This document shows, piece after piece, positions 20,377 to 30,954 of a stretch of 64,000 nt of DNA (position 1 is its first letter; the number at the start of each line of letters is the position of its first letter). The stretch comes from Alphaproteobacteria bacterium (GTDB lineage: Bacteria > Pseudomonadota > Alphaproteobacteria > MPNO01). A program made the translations under genes and the position numbers. Under the pieces are notes generated by a model. That model was not told the DNA's origin, made no database searches, and worked only from the letters and a program-made list of their open reading frames with translations. The DNA lies in NCBI GenBank assembly GCA_965248835.1, contig CBDFLJ010000002.1, positions 1,760,001 to 1,824,000 of the forward strand, written 5' to 3'.

Positions 20377-21542
20377 AGGAAGACACGATCATCACCTCCG
20401 TGGGGCGCGACCCCGCGGCGAATCACGGCATCGTCAACCCGCCGGTCTACCACGCCTCGACGATCACGCATGCCAGCGTTGCCGCGCTCGGCGCCGCCCG
20501 CGAGCGCCGGTTCGAGCCCGGCGTCTACACCTACGGCCGACACGGAACGCCGACCCACACGGCGCTCGAGGAAGCGGTCGCGGCAATCGAGGGCGGCGCG
20601 CGTGCGGTCTGCATGGGCTCCGGGCTTGCCGCCATCAACGCCGCGATCCTGGCCTTCGTCGAGGCCGGCGACCACGTCCTGATGGTCGATTCGGTCTACG
20701 GGCCGGCGCGCCGGTTCTGCGATGCCTTTCTCGGCCGGTTCTCGGTCGAGACGACCTATTACGACCCCTGCATCGGTGCCGGGATCGCCGCCCTGATCCG
20801 GCCCAACACCAAGGTCGTCTATGTCGAGTCTCCCGGCTCGCTGACATTCGAGGTCCAGGACATCCCGGCGATCGCCGAGGCGGCGCATGCCGCCGGCGCG
20901 GCCGTGGTCATGGACAACACCTGGGGGGCCGGGCTCTATTTCAAGCCGTTCGAGCATGGCGTCGACGTCTCCGTCCAGGCCGCGACCAAGTACATCGTCG
21001 GGCATTCCGACGTCATGATGGGCACGATCACCACAACCGAAGCGCTGTGGCAGCAGGTGCGCCAGGCGGCGTCGGACCTCGGCGCCTCCTCGGGACCCGA
21101 TGACGTCTATCTCGCACTGCGGGGCTTGCGGACGCTGTCGGTGCGGTTGAAGCGCCACCAGGAGACCGGGATCACGCTCGCGCGCTGGCTGCAGAACCGG
21201 CTCGAAATCCGGCGGGTGATGCACCCTGCCCTGCCCGAGGACCCGGGCCATGCGCTCTGGCAGCGCGATTTCCGCGGCGCCTGCGGATTGTTCGGCGTCG
21301 TGCTCGGCGCGTACTCCGCCACGGCGATCGCCGCCATGCTCGACGGCATGGAGCATTTCGCCATGGGGGCGAGTTGGGGCGGATTCGAGAGTCTGATCCT
21401 GCCGACCAACCCGGCCGGGGTCCGCACGGCGAAGGCCTGGACCGAGGGACCGACGATCCGGATTCATGCCGGGCTGGAAGATCCCGAGGACCTGATCGCC
21501 GATCTCGAGCGCGGGCTCGCGCGGCTCACCGCTTCGGATTGA
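20373..21542 (+). CDS. metC: Cystathionine beta-lyase
   Basis: [35 protein letters not shown] and SWGGFESL motifs. Confidence 0.93.
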   Translation: MKEDTIITSVGRDPAANHGIVNPPVYHASTITHASVAALGAARERRFEPGVYTYGRHGTPTHTALEEAVAAIEGGARAVCMGSGLAAINAAILAFVEAGDHVLMVDSVYGPARRFCDAFLGRFSVETTYYDPCIGAGIAALIRPNTKVVYVESPGSLTFEVQDIPAIAEAAHAAGAAVVMDNTWGAGLYFKPFEHGVDVSVQAATKYIVGHSDVMMGTITTTEALWQQVRQAASDLGASSGPDDVYLALRGLRTLSVRLKRHQETGITLARWLQNRLEIRRVMHPALPEDPGHALWQRDFRGACGLFGVVLGAYSATAIAAMLDGMEHFAMGASWGGFESLILPTNPAGVRTAKAWTEGPTIRIHAGLEDPEDLIADLERGLARLTASD

Positions 21543-21578
21543 GCCCGCTTCGCCTTCGCTTCGGCGCAATCGGGCCTT

Positions 21579-21607
21579 AAATTGGAGCGCACCAAATTGG
21601 AGCGCAC
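21579..21607 (+). repeat. Perfect tandem duplication AAATTGGAGCGCAC x2 (15-bp period)
   Basis: Copies at 21579-21592 and 21594-21607. Confidence 0.9.
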
Positions 21608-21627
21608 TGCGGCGCGGGAAGGCAACG

Positions 21628-22032
21628 ATGAACATATCCGAGGTCGGGATCGCCGAAGCCTTGAAGGAAATCGTCTTCGACGGCGACGGGCTGGTCCCGG
21701 CGATCGCCCAGCAGCATGATACGGGCGAGGTCCTGATGATGGCCTGGATGAGCGCGGAGTCGGTCGCGGAGTCCTTGCGCACCGGGCGGGTATGCTATTT
21801 CTCCCGCTCCCGCCAAGCGTTGTGGCGCAAAGGGGAGACCTCGGGACAGACCCAGCGGCTGGTCGCCTTCCGCCTCGACTGCGACGGCGATACGGTTCTG
21901 CTCGCGGTCGACCAGAAGGGCGTCGCCTGCCATACCGGCCGGCGGCGGTGCTTCTACCGCCTCGCCGGCGCGGACGGTCTTGCCGTCGTCGAGGATGTCG
22001 AGATCGAACCCGGGGAGCTCTACGGCCGATGA
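21628..22032 (+). CDS. hisI: Phosphoribosyl-AMP cyclohydrolase
   Basis: SRSR..LW.KGETSG, DCDGD and ACHTG...CF motifs. Confidence 0.95.
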   Translation: MNISEVGIAEALKEIVFDGDGLVPAIAQQHDTGEVLMMAWMSAESVAESLRTGRVCYFSRSRQALWRKGETSGQTQRLVAFRLDCDGDTVLLAVDQKGVACHTGRRRCFYRLAGADGLAVVEDVEIEPGELYGR

Positions 22033-23105
22033 CCGAAACCCGCGTCCCGCCCGAGCCCGAGGAGATCGTCCAGACCTCGCTGCTCACCGGTTTCCTGGGC
22101 AGCGGCAAGACGACGCTGATCAATGCGCTGCTCAAGCACCCGGACATGTCCGAGACCGCGGTGCTGGTCAACGAGTTCGGCGAGATCGGGCTCGACCATC
22201 ACCTGATCGAGCAGATCGACGAGGACACGGTGCTGCTCAATGCCGGATGCCTGTGCTGCACCGTGCGCGACGACTTGGCGCGTGCGCTGCGCGAGCTGTT
22301 CATCAAGCGCGTCAAGGGCGAGGTGCCGGCGTTCTCGCGCGTCCTGATCGAGACCACCGGGCTGGCCGATCCGGCGCCCGTCATCCACACCTTGATGACC
22401 GACCGCGTGATCGCCAACCGGTTCGCGCTCGACGGCGTGCTCACGACCGTCGATGGCGTCAACGCCGACCTCCAGTTCGAGCGCCACCGCGAGTCGGTCA
22501 AGCAGGCTGCGGTCGCAGACCGGATCGTCATCACCAAGTGCGATCTGGCCGAGGCGGACGACCTCGATCGGCTGGAGCAAAGCCTGCGCGCGCTCAACCC
22601 GGGGGCGGCGATCCTGCGCGTCGAGCACGGCGACATCCACCCCGACGCGCTGTTCGATACCGGGCTCTACAACCCCGAAACCAAGAGCCTGGATGTCCAG
22701 CGCTGGCTGCGCGACGAGGCCTATGCCGATCAGAGCCGCGACGACCAGGGACATCATCATCACCAGCACGACGTCAACCGCCATGACGAGTCGATCCGCG
22801 CCTACTGCGTCCGCTACGATGAGCCGCTCGACTGGGAGGCCTTCGTCGGCTGGATCCGAACCCTGATCGCCACCCACGGCGAGTGCCTGCTGCGCATCAA
22901 GGGCATCGTCCACGTCGCCGGCCGGGACAAGCCGATCGCCATCCACGGCGTCCAGCACCTGTTCCACGACCCGGCGGAGCTCCCGGACTGGCCCGACCAG
23001 GACCGGCGCACGCGGATCGTCTTCATCACCCAGAATCTCGAGCAGGGCGTGGTCGAAGAGCTGCTGGAGGACTGCCGCAGGCGATCGATCGGCGCGCAGC
23101 GCTGA
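22029..23105 (+). CDS. COG0523/CobW-family metallochaperone GTPase
   Basis: [27 protein letters not shown], His-rich tract and CobW_C motif LRIKG...HGVQH. Confidence 0.93.
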   Translation: MTETRVPPEPEEIVQTSLLTGFLGSGKTTLINALLKHPDMSETAVLVNEFGEIGLDHHLIEQIDEDTVLLNAGCLCCTVRDDLARALRELFIKRVKGEVPAFSRVLIETTGLADPAPVIHTLMTDRVIANRFALDGVLTTVDGVNADLQFERHRESVKQAAVADRIVITKCDLAEADDLDRLEQSLRALNPGAAILRVEHGDIHPDALFDTGLYNPETKSLDVQRWLRDEAYADQSRDDQGHHHHQHDVNRHDESIRAYCVRYDEPLDWEAFVGWIRTLIATHGECLLRIKGIVHVAGRDKPIAIHGVQHLFHDPAELPDWPDQDRRTRIVFITQNLEQGVVEELLEDCRRRSIGAQR

Positions 23106-23121
23106 TCCGGCCGCTGGACAA

Positions 23122-23131
23122 ATCGATATAT
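23122..23131 (+). promoter_or_regulatory. Possible ModE-box half site upstream of modA
   Basis: ATCGATATAT matches the left half of the ModE consensus; the right half is not evident. Confidence 0.25.
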
Positions 23132-23156
23132 GATATCAATCAGTCCCCTTAACCGG

Positions 23157-23945
23157 TTGAAAAAACGTTTTTTTTCTTTCGTTTTTCCAGGTTTGGCGGT
23201 GCTTTGGCTGGGACTGGTGGCCGTGCCGGACCGGGCGCGGGCCGCCGATGTCCTTGTGTTCGCCGCAGCAAGCCTTATCAACGGGTTGGAAGAAATTTCT
23301 GCGGATTTCAGTGATCAATACGGGATAAAGGTTTCGGTTTCCTATCAATCGAGCGGCATCCTTGCGCGCCAGATCGCGCGGGGGGCCCCGGCTCAGGTCT
23401 TCGTCTCGGCCAACAAGGCATGGATCGATTATCTCGTCTCGCGCGGTTACCTGCGTTCGGGAGAAATCGGTGTTTTCGCCCGGAACCGTCTGGTTCTCGT
23501 TACCAATCGAGAGTCCGAATTCCCCGCGGGGCTGAGCCTTTCCGAGGCGCTGACCCGGCATCTTGGCCGCGGCCCGCTGGCCATCGGCAATCCCGGTCAC
23601 GTCCCTGCCGGCGAGTACGCCAGGACCGCCCTGGTGCAACTCGGACTGTGGGACGGCGTGCTCCGGAGGACCGCCCAGGCTAGCAACGTGCGCGAGGCCC
23701 TGGCCTATATCGAACGCGGCGCGGCGCCGTTGGGCATCGTCTATGCCAGCGACAGCACGGCGAGCGAACGGGTCAGGATCGTGGCCGCCTTTCCGCCCGG
23801 TAGCCATCCCGCGATCGCCTATTGGGCGGGGCTCGTCGCCGGTCCCGCGGCGCGGCGCGAAGGCCGGGACTTCTTCGCCTTCCTGTTCTCACCGGTATCG
23901 GGCTCGATCCTCGCGCGCCACGGGTTTCAGGCGCCGGGCGGCTGA
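23157..23945 (+). CDS. modA: Molybdate ABC transporter substrate-binding protein
   Basis: VFAAASL, SSG.LARQI..GAPA.VF.SAN, HVPAG.Y and GIVYASD motifs. Start is TTG 23157 or ATG 23130. Confidence 0.93.
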   Translation: MKKRFFSFVFPGLAVLWLGLVAVPDRARAADVLVFAAASLINGLEEISADFSDQYGIKVSVSYQSSGILARQIARGAPAQVFVSANKAWIDYLVSRGYLRSGEIGVFARNRLVLVTNRESEFPAGLSLSEALTRHLGRGPLAIGNPGHVPAGEYARTALVQLGLWDGVLRRTAQASNVREALAYIERGAAPLGIVYASDSTASERVRIVAAFPPGSHPAIAYWAGLVAGPAARREGRDFFAFLFSPVSGSILARHGFQAPGG

Positions 23946-23954
23946 ACCACGGCG

Positions 23955-24641
23955 ATGCTGAGCCCACTGGAGACCGAGGCCCTGTTGCTGAGCCTGCGGG
24001 TCGCCTTCTGGTCGGTGCTGTGCAGCCTGCCGCCCGGGATCGCGCTCGCCTGGCTGCTCGCGCGGCGGGAATTCTACGGCAAACCCTTGCTCGATGCGCT
24101 GATCCATCTGCCGCTGGTGGTCCCGCCCGTGGTGGTGGGCTATGTGCTGCTGGTGCTGTTTTCCCGCAGCGGACCGATCGGCGGCCTGCTGGACCGGGCC
24201 TTCGGCATAACGGTCGCGTTCACTTGGCAGGGCGCGGCGCTGGCTGCGGCGATCATGGGCTTCCCCCTGATGGTCCGCGCAATCCGGCTTTCCTACGAGG
24301 CGATCGACCCGCGCCTGGAACAGGCCGCACGAACGCTGGGCGCGGCCAAGCTCGACGTGTTCGCGACCGTGACGCTGCCGCTGCTGGCCAACGGGATCAT
24401 CGCCGGGCTGGTGCTGGCGTTTGCCCGCAGCCTCGGCGAGTTCGGCGCAACGATCGTTTTCGTCTCCTCCATTCCGGGCGAGACCCGGACCCTGCCGTTG
24501 GCGCTCTACGGCCTCGCCCAGACGCCCGGCGGAGAGGCCGGCGCGATGCGGCTTGCGATCATCGCCGCCCTGCTCGCGCTGGCCGCGATGCTTGCCTCGG
24601 CCTGGCTCGCCAGGCGGTTCGTCACCGGCAGCCGAGGCTGA
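23955..24641 (+). CDS. modB: Molybdate ABC permease
   Basis: HLPLVVPPVVVGY and FARSLGEFGATI motifs. Confidence 0.95.
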   Translation: MLSPLETEALLLSLRVAFWSVLCSLPPGIALAWLLARREFYGKPLLDALIHLPLVVPPVVVGYVLLVLFSRSGPIGGLLDRAFGITVAFTWQGAALAAAIMGFPLMVRAIRLSYEAIDPRLEQAARTLGAAKLDVFATVTLPLLANGIIAGLVLAFARSLGEFGATIVFVSSIPGETRTLPLALYGLAQTPGGEAGAMRLAIIAALLALAAMLASAWLARRFVTGSRG

Positions 24642-24645
24642 TCCG

Positions 24646-25755
24646 ATGACGTCCAGGATCGAGATCGATGTCGACAAGCGCCTGGGCGATTTCTCGCTCA
24701 CGGCCAGCTTCGCCGCGGACGCGACCGGCGTGATCGCGCTGTTCGGCGCTTCGGGTGCCGGCAAGACCAGCGTGATCGACATGATCGCCGGTCTGGTTCG
24801 GCCCGACCGCGGGCGGATCGTGATCGGCGATCGGGTGCTGTTCGATTCCGCCGCCGGGATCGATCGTCCCCCGGAGGCGCGCCGGGCCGGCTATGTGTTC
24901 CAGGACGCCCGCCTGTTCCCGCATCTGAAGGTTGCCGCCAACCTCGAATACGGCCGGCGCCGGGCGCCGCGCGAGGAGCGCGTGGTCTCGTTCGACCAGG
25001 TGGTCGGCGTGCTCGATCTCGCTCACCTGCTCGAACGGCGTACCCGGCATCTTTCCGGCGGCGAGCGTCAGCGGGTCGCCATCGGCCGCGCGCTCCTGAC
25101 CAGCCCGCGGATCCTGCTGATGGACGAGCCCTTGGCTTCCCTCGATCCGGCGCGGCGGATGGAGATCCTGCCGCTGATCGAGCATCTGCGGGATTCCTTT
25201 GCCATTCCGATCGTCTATGTCAGCCACCGGTTCGAGGAGATCGTCCGGCTGGCCGACACGCTGGTGCTGATGCGCGACGGCACGGTGCCGGCAGCCGGAC
25301 CGTTGGAGGAGATGATCAGCCGGCTCGACGACCGCGCGACCGAGACCCACCAGATGGCGGGCAGCGTGATCCACGCCCGAGTCCTCGAGCGCGGCGGGCT
25401 GCACGGCTCGGCCAAGCTGAGCTTCGGCGGCGGGACGATGGTGGTGCCCGATCCCGACCTTGCGCTGGGCGCACCGCTCAGGGTTCACGTCCGTTCGCGG
25501 GACGTCTCGATCGCGCTGTCGCGGCCGGGCGATATCAGCGTCCAGAACATCTTTGCCGGCACGATCGCGGAGGTCCGCGAGTCCACCGGCCCCCATGTCG
25601 ATGTCAGCGTCCGACTCGACGGCCCGGACGGAACGGTCCTGTGGGCGCGGCTGACGCGGCATTCCACCGTCGTGCTCGGGCTCCGCGCCGGGCAGGCGGT
25701 GCATGCGCTGGTCAAGGCGGTGGCGATCGACCCGCTGGGCGGCGGCCGTGCGTAA
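24646..25755 (+). CDS. modC: Molybdate ABC ATPase
   Basis: GASGAGKT, FQDARLFPH, LSGGERQRVAIGRALL and a C-terminal TOBE domain (S.QN...VKAV). Confidence 0.95.
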   Translation: MTSRIEIDVDKRLGDFSLTASFAADATGVIALFGASGAGKTSVIDMIAGLVRPDRGRIVIGDRVLFDSAAGIDRPPEARRAGYVFQDARLFPHLKVAANLEYGRRRAPREERVVSFDQVVGVLDLAHLLERRTRHLSGGERQRVAIGRALLTSPRILLMDEPLASLDPARRMEILPLIEHLRDSFAIPIVYVSHRFEEIVRLADTLVLMRDGTVPAAGPLEEMISRLDDRATETHQMAGSVIHARVLERGGLHGSAKLSFGGGTMVVPDPDLALGAPLRVHVRSRDVSIALSRPGDISVQNIFAGTIAEVRESTGPHVDVSVRLDGPDGTVLWARLTRHSTVVLGLRAGQAVHALVKAVAIDPLGGGRA

Positions 25756-26365
25756 GCCCGGCTCGATGCGCGCGCTGGAGGCGCTCGGGCGCGTCCGGCT
25801 GTCGCGTTCCTTCTACATGCGCGATTTCCTCTACAGCGAGATCGCAGCCCATTACGGGCTCTCCAACGTCCCCGACGATCCGGACCTCGCCATCGAAGCC
25901 GGTCGCCGGCTTTGCGAGACCTTGCTCGAGCCGCTCAGGGCGACCTTCGGCGCGATCGCCATTCGCTCGGCGCTGCGGTCCTGTGCGGTCAACGCCTTCG
26001 GCAACGCGAACGGCCTGAACTGCGCTTCGAACCCGGCGAGCTACGCGGGCCATATCTGGGACCGCCGCGATGAAGACGGCTGCATGGGTGCGACCGCATG
26101 CATCGTCGTGCCATGGTTCGCCGACCGCTACGCGCGCACCGGTGACTGGCGGCCGATGGCGTGGTTCATCCACGACCATCTGCCATACGCCAGCCTGTGC
26201 TTCTTTCCCAGGCTCGCGGCCTTCAACATCCAGTGGCACGAGCGCCCGAAACGGCGCATCGACAGCTACGCCCCGCCGAAGGGCTGCCTGACCCGCCCCG
26301 GCATGCCCGGCCACGACGCCGATCACGCCGGCCGGTACACCGGCTTCCCCCCGCTGCGGGTGTAA
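25748..26365 (+). CDS. Conserved hypothetical protein, peptidase M15-like
   Basis: GRVRLS..F.MRDFLYSEIA...N.PDDP...LLEPL...IRS..R pattern; overlaps the modC stop. Confidence 0.65.
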   Translation: MRKPGSMRALEALGRVRLSRSFYMRDFLYSEIAAHYGLSNVPDDPDLAIEAGRRLCETLLEPLRATFGAIAIRSALRSCAVNAFGNANGLNCASNPASYAGHIWDRRDEDGCMGATACIVVPWFADRYARTGDWRPMAWFIHDHLPYASLCFFPRLAAFNIQWHERPKRRIDSYAPPKGCLTRPGMPGHDADHAGRYTGFPPLRV

Positions 26366-26387
26366 GGATTTCAGATCGGCAATCGTC

Positions 26388-27359
26388 TCAGGCTGCGGCC
26401 TTCAGGCGGACACGGTCGTGCTGCGCGAGCAGGTCGATCTCCGGGCCGACGGGGACGATGCCGGTCGGGTTGACGTTCTTCTGGCCGCCGTAGTAGCCGC
26501 GCTTGATGCCGTCTATGTCGGTCGCCGCGGCGATCCCGGGGAGCTGGTAGAGCTCGCGCAGGTAGTTGGACAGGTTGTGGTAGTCGCTGATCCGCTTCTT
26601 GTTGCATTTGAAGTGGCTGAAATAGACCACATCGAAGCGCACCAGGGTCGGATAGAACCGCCAATCGGCCTCGGTCAGCCACTCGCCGCACAGGTAGCGG
26701 CGCTCCGCCAGCACCTCTTCGAGGTGGTCGAGCGTGTCGAACAGCTTGTGATAGGCTTCCTCGTAGGCGTCCTGCGACTTGGCGAATCCGGCGCGGTAGA
26801 CGCCGTTGTTGACCGTCGCGTAGATCCTTTCGTTGAAGACGTCGATCTCGCCGCGCAGATCTTCCGGGTAAAGGTCGAGCGCGCGGGCGCCGAGCCCGTC
26901 GAACTCGGTGTTGAGCATCCGGATGATCTCCGAGGACTCGTTGTTGAGGATCTTCCATTCCTGCTTGTCGAACAGCGTGGGCACGGTCACCCGGCCGGTA
27001 TAGTCGGGGTCCGTCGCGACATAGGCCTGGTGCAGCTCGAAAACGCCGTCGATCGGCTCGAGGTCGCGCCCGATCCCTTGCGAATAGGCCCAGCTCCGGG
27101 TTCGCGGCAGGTCGGACAGGGTGATCGAGATCATGTCCTCCAGACCCTTCAGGCGGCGAACGATCTGGGTGCGGTGCGCCCACGGACACGATGGGGCGAG
27201 GAACAGGTGATAGCGGCCGGGCTCGGCCTTGTAGCCCGACGAACCGTCGGCGGTGATCCGCACGCGGAACACCGATTCCGGCCGCACGAAGGCGCCGCCC
27301 TCCGGGTTGCGGTACGCCGCGTCGTCGTCGACCCAGGTCCCTCCGATCACCATGCCCAT
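26388..27359 (-). CDS. Glutathionyl-hydroquinone reductase (YqjG/Xi-class GST)
   Basis: GRYHL....CPWAHR, VTVP.L.D, NNESSEI and NNGVYRAGFA motifs. Confidence 0.93.
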   Translation of the reverse strand: MGMVIGGTWVDDDAAYRNPEGGAFVRPESVFRVRITADGSSGYKAEPGRYHLFLAPSCPWAHRTQIVRRLKGLEDMISITLSDLPRTRSWAYSQGIGRDLEPIDGVFELHQAYVATDPDYTGRVTVPTLFDKQEWKILNNESSEIIRMLNTEFDGLGARALDLYPEDLRGEIDVFNERIYATVNNGVYRAGFAKSQDAYEEAYHKLFDTLDHLEEVLAERRYLCGEWLTEADWRFYPTLVRFDVVYFSHFKCNKKRISDYHNLSNYLRELYQLPGIAAATDIDGIKRGYYGGQKNVNPTGIVPVGPEIDLLAQHDRVRLKAAA

Positions 27360-27514
27360 GTCTGTGCTCTCCCGTCTGGCGGCGTCGCTGCCGTGTCTTC
27401 CCCGAAGTTATGTTCGCCGCCCGGCGAAGACAAACCGGCCCACGCCGGGCCGGCTTGACCCCGCCAGCACCGGGCCGCTTACTGTGGCAGGAACTTTCGA
27501 AGGGGGATTGCGGG

Positions 27515-28729
27515 TTGGCCGAGCGGATCATCATCGCCGGTGCCGGACCGGTCGGGATGGTGCTCACCTTGGCGCTCTACAAGCGCGGCGTTCCGGTCAC
27601 GCTGGTGGAGCGCGAGCCGGCCCCGGTCGAGGATCAGCGCGCGGCCTCGATCCAACCCACCTCGGTGGTGATGCTCGACGATCTCGGCGTCGCGGCCGAG
27701 GCGATCGAAAAGGGCTTCAAGGCACCCTACTTCCACTACCGCGACCGCGTCTCGGGCGAGATCGTCGCCGCCTTCGACCACGGTCTTCTGAAGGACGACA
27801 TCCGCTTTCCCTTTGTCGTCCAGTACGAGCAGTTCAAGCTGGTCGAAACCATCATCGGCCACATCGGCAAGACCGACCTGGTCGATTACCGCTTCGACCG
27901 GACGGTCTCCGGCTTCGAGCAATCCGCCGACCGGGTACGGGTCACCATCACCGACGACCGCGGCGACGCCGAGATCCTGGAGGGTCTCTACCTCGTCGGC
28001 TGCGACGGCGGGACATCGCTGGTGCGCAAGGAGGCCGGCATCGCGTTCGTCGGCTTCACCTACTCCGAGCGTTTCGTGAAGATCGCAACGACGTTTGATT
28101 TCTTCGGCACCGAGCGCGGTTATTGCATGCGCAACTTCCTGTCCGATCCCCAGGAGTGGGCGAACCTGTTCCACGTCCCCGGCCGGGGGCCGCCGGGGAT
28201 CTGGCGCATGGTCTTTCCGACCCGTGTGGGCGAGACCGACGCGGAATGCCTGAGCGATGAGGGCGTCCAGGCGCGGCTGCAGAAATTCTTCCCCAAGACG
28301 GGCGACTACCCGGTCGCTTATACCGGGCTCTATTTCGTCCACCAGCGGGTCGCGGAGACCTTCAACAAGGGCCGGGTGCTGCTGGCCGGCGATGCCGCGC
28401 ACGTCAACAACCCGATCGGCGGGCTGGGCATGAACGGCGGCATCCACGATGCGGTGAACCTCGCCGACAAGCTCGCCCGGGTCGTCCAGGACGGCGCGCC
28501 CGAAACCCTGTTCGACCTCTACACCCGCCAGCGGCGCAAGGCGCAGCTGGACGGCGTCCAGGCCGAGACCATCGCCAACAAGAAGCTGATGGAGGCGCGC
28601 GATCCGGCGGTCCGCAAGACTCAACTCGACGCCATGCGGCGGACGGCCGAGGACCCGGTGCTGGCCCGCCGCTATCTCCGCCGCTCCTCGCTGATCGAAA
28701 GCCTGGCGGCGGCCGACGCCGTCGCCTGA
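27515..28729 (+). CDS. FAD-dependent aromatic monooxygenase (MhpA/PheA-like)
   Basis: GAGPVG, GCDGG and GRVLLAGDAAH.NNP.GG.GMN.G.HDA motifs; TTG start. Confidence 0.88.
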   Translation: MAERIIIAGAGPVGMVLTLALYKRGVPVTLVEREPAPVEDQRAASIQPTSVVMLDDLGVAAEAIEKGFKAPYFHYRDRVSGEIVAAFDHGLLKDDIRFPFVVQYEQFKLVETIIGHIGKTDLVDYRFDRTVSGFEQSADRVRVTITDDRGDAEILEGLYLVGCDGGTSLVRKEAGIAFVGFTYSERFVKIATTFDFFGTERGYCMRNFLSDPQEWANLFHVPGRGPPGIWRMVFPTRVGETDAECLSDEGVQARLQKFFPKTGDYPVAYTGLYFVHQRVAETFNKGRVLLAGDAAHVNNPIGGLGMNGGIHDAVNLADKLARVVQDGAPETLFDLYTRQRRKAQLDGVQAETIANKKLMEARDPAVRKTQLDAMRRTAEDPVLARRYLRRSSLIESLAAADAVA

Positions 28730-28752
28730 ACCCAACCCGCACGGAGACCATC

Positions 28753-29910
28753 ATGGATTTCGAGCTGCCCGAAGAGCTCCGGATGATGAAGGACACGCTG
28801 CGGCGCTTCATCGACACCGAGGTCATCCCGATCGAGCGCGAGGCCTATGACGGCCACGAGATGGTCCCCGAAATGCGCGACAAGCTGCAGGCCAGGGCCC
28901 GCGAGCTCGGCATCTGGATGATCGACGTGCCCGAGGAATATGGCGGCATGGGGCTCGGCCTGCTCGCCCGGGTGCTGGTCTGGGAGGAGACCGGGCGCAC
29001 CATCGCCTTCCCGCGACGCAAGCCGTGGATCTTCGGCCATGACGTCAGCCCGATCCTGCTTCAGTTCCTCCGCGAAGACCAGAAGGACAAGTATCTCTGG
29101 CCCTGCCTGCGCGGCGAGAAATATGCCGCCTTCGCCCAGACCGAACCCGATGCCGGCGGCGACCCGGCGAGCATGCGGACCACCGCCGAGCGCGACGGCG
29201 ATCACTATGTGATCAACGGCATGAAGCGGTTCATCACCGGAGCCGACAGGGCGGATTTCGCCCAGGTCGTCTGCGTGACCGACAAGGAAAAGGGTGCGCG
29301 CGGCGGCATCTCGTGCATCCTGGTCGACATGGACACACCGGGCGTCGAGGTCATTCGGCGCCAGGAGACGATGATGGACGACCTGCCCTGCGAGGTCGGC
29401 TTCCAGGACGTCCGCGTGCCGGTGGAAAACCTGATCGGCAACGAGGGCGACGGCTTCCGCATGGCGCAGAACTGGATCACCTTCGGCCGCATGCGCCACG
29501 GCGCCCTGGGACTGGGCACGATGGAACGCTCGCTCGAGCTCGCCGCGTCCTATGCCAAGCAGCGCGTGACCTTCGGCCAGCCGCTTGCCGAACGCCAGTC
29601 GGTGCAGTGGATGCTGGTCGACACCTATGCCGAGATGCACCAGCTCCGGCTGATGCTCTACGACGCCGCCGCGCGCTACGACAGCGGCCAGGACATCCGC
29701 TATCTGACCTACATGTGCAAGTATATCGGCGACCGGCTGGGCTTCACCGCCGCCGACCGCTGCATGCAGATCCACGGCGGCATCGGGCTGACCACCGATC
29801 TGCCGATCGAGAAGCTGTGGCGCGACACCCGCTCGTTCATGATCACCGAAGGCCCGGAGGACATCCTGAAGATGGCGCTCGCCCGCCAGGTGCTGCGCGA
29901 ATACGGTTGA
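28753..29910 (+). CDS. Acyl-CoA dehydrogenase
   Basis: FAQTEPDAGGD, NG.K.FIT, R.TFG, QIHGGIG and ITEG motifs. Confidence 0.93.
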   Translation: MDFELPEELRMMKDTLRRFIDTEVIPIEREAYDGHEMVPEMRDKLQARARELGIWMIDVPEEYGGMGLGLLARVLVWEETGRTIAFPRRKPWIFGHDVSPILLQFLREDQKDKYLWPCLRGEKYAAFAQTEPDAGGDPASMRTTAERDGDHYVINGMKRFITGADRADFAQVVCVTDKEKGARGGISCILVDMDTPGVEVIRRQETMMDDLPCEVGFQDVRVPVENLIGNEGDGFRMAQNWITFGRMRHGALGLGTMERSLELAASYAKQRVTFGQPLAERQSVQWMLVDTYAEMHQLRLMLYDAAARYDSGQDIRYLTYMCKYIGDRLGFTAADRCMQIHGGIGLTTDLPIEKLWRDTRSFMITEGPEDILKMALARQVLREYG

Positions 29911-30806
29911 GCCGGCCCGCCCCATCGGGCGGATCGGGCAATCTGCGCGCGATCGCGTTGATGCTGGTGGCGACGATCGCCTTCACCGTGATGCACGCCT
30001 CCATCCGCCAGGTCGCCCGGGACCTCCACCCGTTCGAGGTCGCATTCTTCCGCAACTTTTTCGGGCTGATCTTCCTTGCGCCCTATTTCTTCCGCTACGG
30101 AACGGCATCCCTGCGGACGGCGAACCTCAAGCTCCACAGCCTGCGCGCGGTCTTCAACCTGGCCTCGATGCTGTGTTTCTTCTACGCACTCACCATCGCA
30201 CCGTTCGCCGATGTGACGGCGCTGACCTTCACCGCGCCGATCTTCGCCAGCGCGCTTGCCGTGCCGATCCTGAAGGAGACCGTACGGCCGGTCCGCTGGG
30301 TGGCGATCGCGCTCGGCTTCCTGGGCGCGCTGGTCGTGCTGCGGCCGGGTCTGGGCACCGTCGGGTTGGGGCCGATCCTCGCGGTGAGCGCGGCGCTGAT
30401 CTGGGGCTTCGCCATGCTGGTGATCAAGACGCTGACCCGGACCGAGTCCTCCATCACGATCACCGCCTACATGATGATCTACCTGACGCCGATGTCGCTG
30501 GTCGCGGCAATCCCGTTCTGGACCTGGCCGTCGCTCGAGCAGTACGGGCTGCTGCTGTTCCTCGCGGTGCTGGGGACCACCGGTCACCTGTTCCTCAACC
30601 AGGCGCTCAAAGAAGGCGAGACGTCGGTCGTCGCCCCGGTCGATTTCGTCCGCCTGATCTGGGCCGCGGCGATCGGCTACCTGATCTTCGGCGAGTTCCC
30701 CGACACGCTGACCTGGATCGGCGGCGGCATGATCTGCGCCGGCGCCGCCCTGATCGCATACCGCGAGGGGCGGCGCGCCGGGCCGGGTGCTAAGATGCGC
30801 GATTGA
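29907..30806 (+). CDS. EamA/DMT-family transporter
   Basis: About 10 transmembrane helices; F.APIF...LKE...RW...GF.G.LVVLRP pattern. Start uncertain (29907 or 29961). Confidence 0.88.
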   Translation: MSRPAPSGGSGNLRAIALMLVATIAFTVMHASIRQVARDLHPFEVAFFRNFFGLIFLAPYFFRYGTASLRTANLKLHSLRAVFNLASMLCFFYALTIAPFADVTALTFTAPIFASALAVPILKETVRPVRWVAIALGFLGALVVLRPGLGTVGLGPILAVSAALIWGFAMLVIKTLTRTESSITITAYMMIYLTPMSLVAAIPFWTWPSLEQYGLLLFLAVLGTTGHLFLNQALKEGETSVVAPVDFVRLIWAAAIGYLIFGEFPDTLTWIGGGMICAGAALIAYREGRRAGPGAKMRD

Positions 30807-30847
30807 GACGGGGAGGGAGAGGTCATGGAAAACATCCGGATCGGCGA
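30790..30847 (+). repeat. 58-bp direct repeat, copy 1 (att-like)
   Basis: CTAAGATGCGCGATTGAGACGGGGAGGGAGAGGTCATGGAAAACATCCGGATCGGCGA; 56/58 identical to 34825-34882. Confidence 0.95.
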
Positions 30848-30954
30848 AATCGCGTAAGCCAAGCTGGGATTGTCCCTGCATCCACCGCAGCACGGACGCA
30901 AATGATGCAACCAACTTTTCCAGCGGCGGGTTGTCGGTTGGCCAGGGTTTGCCC

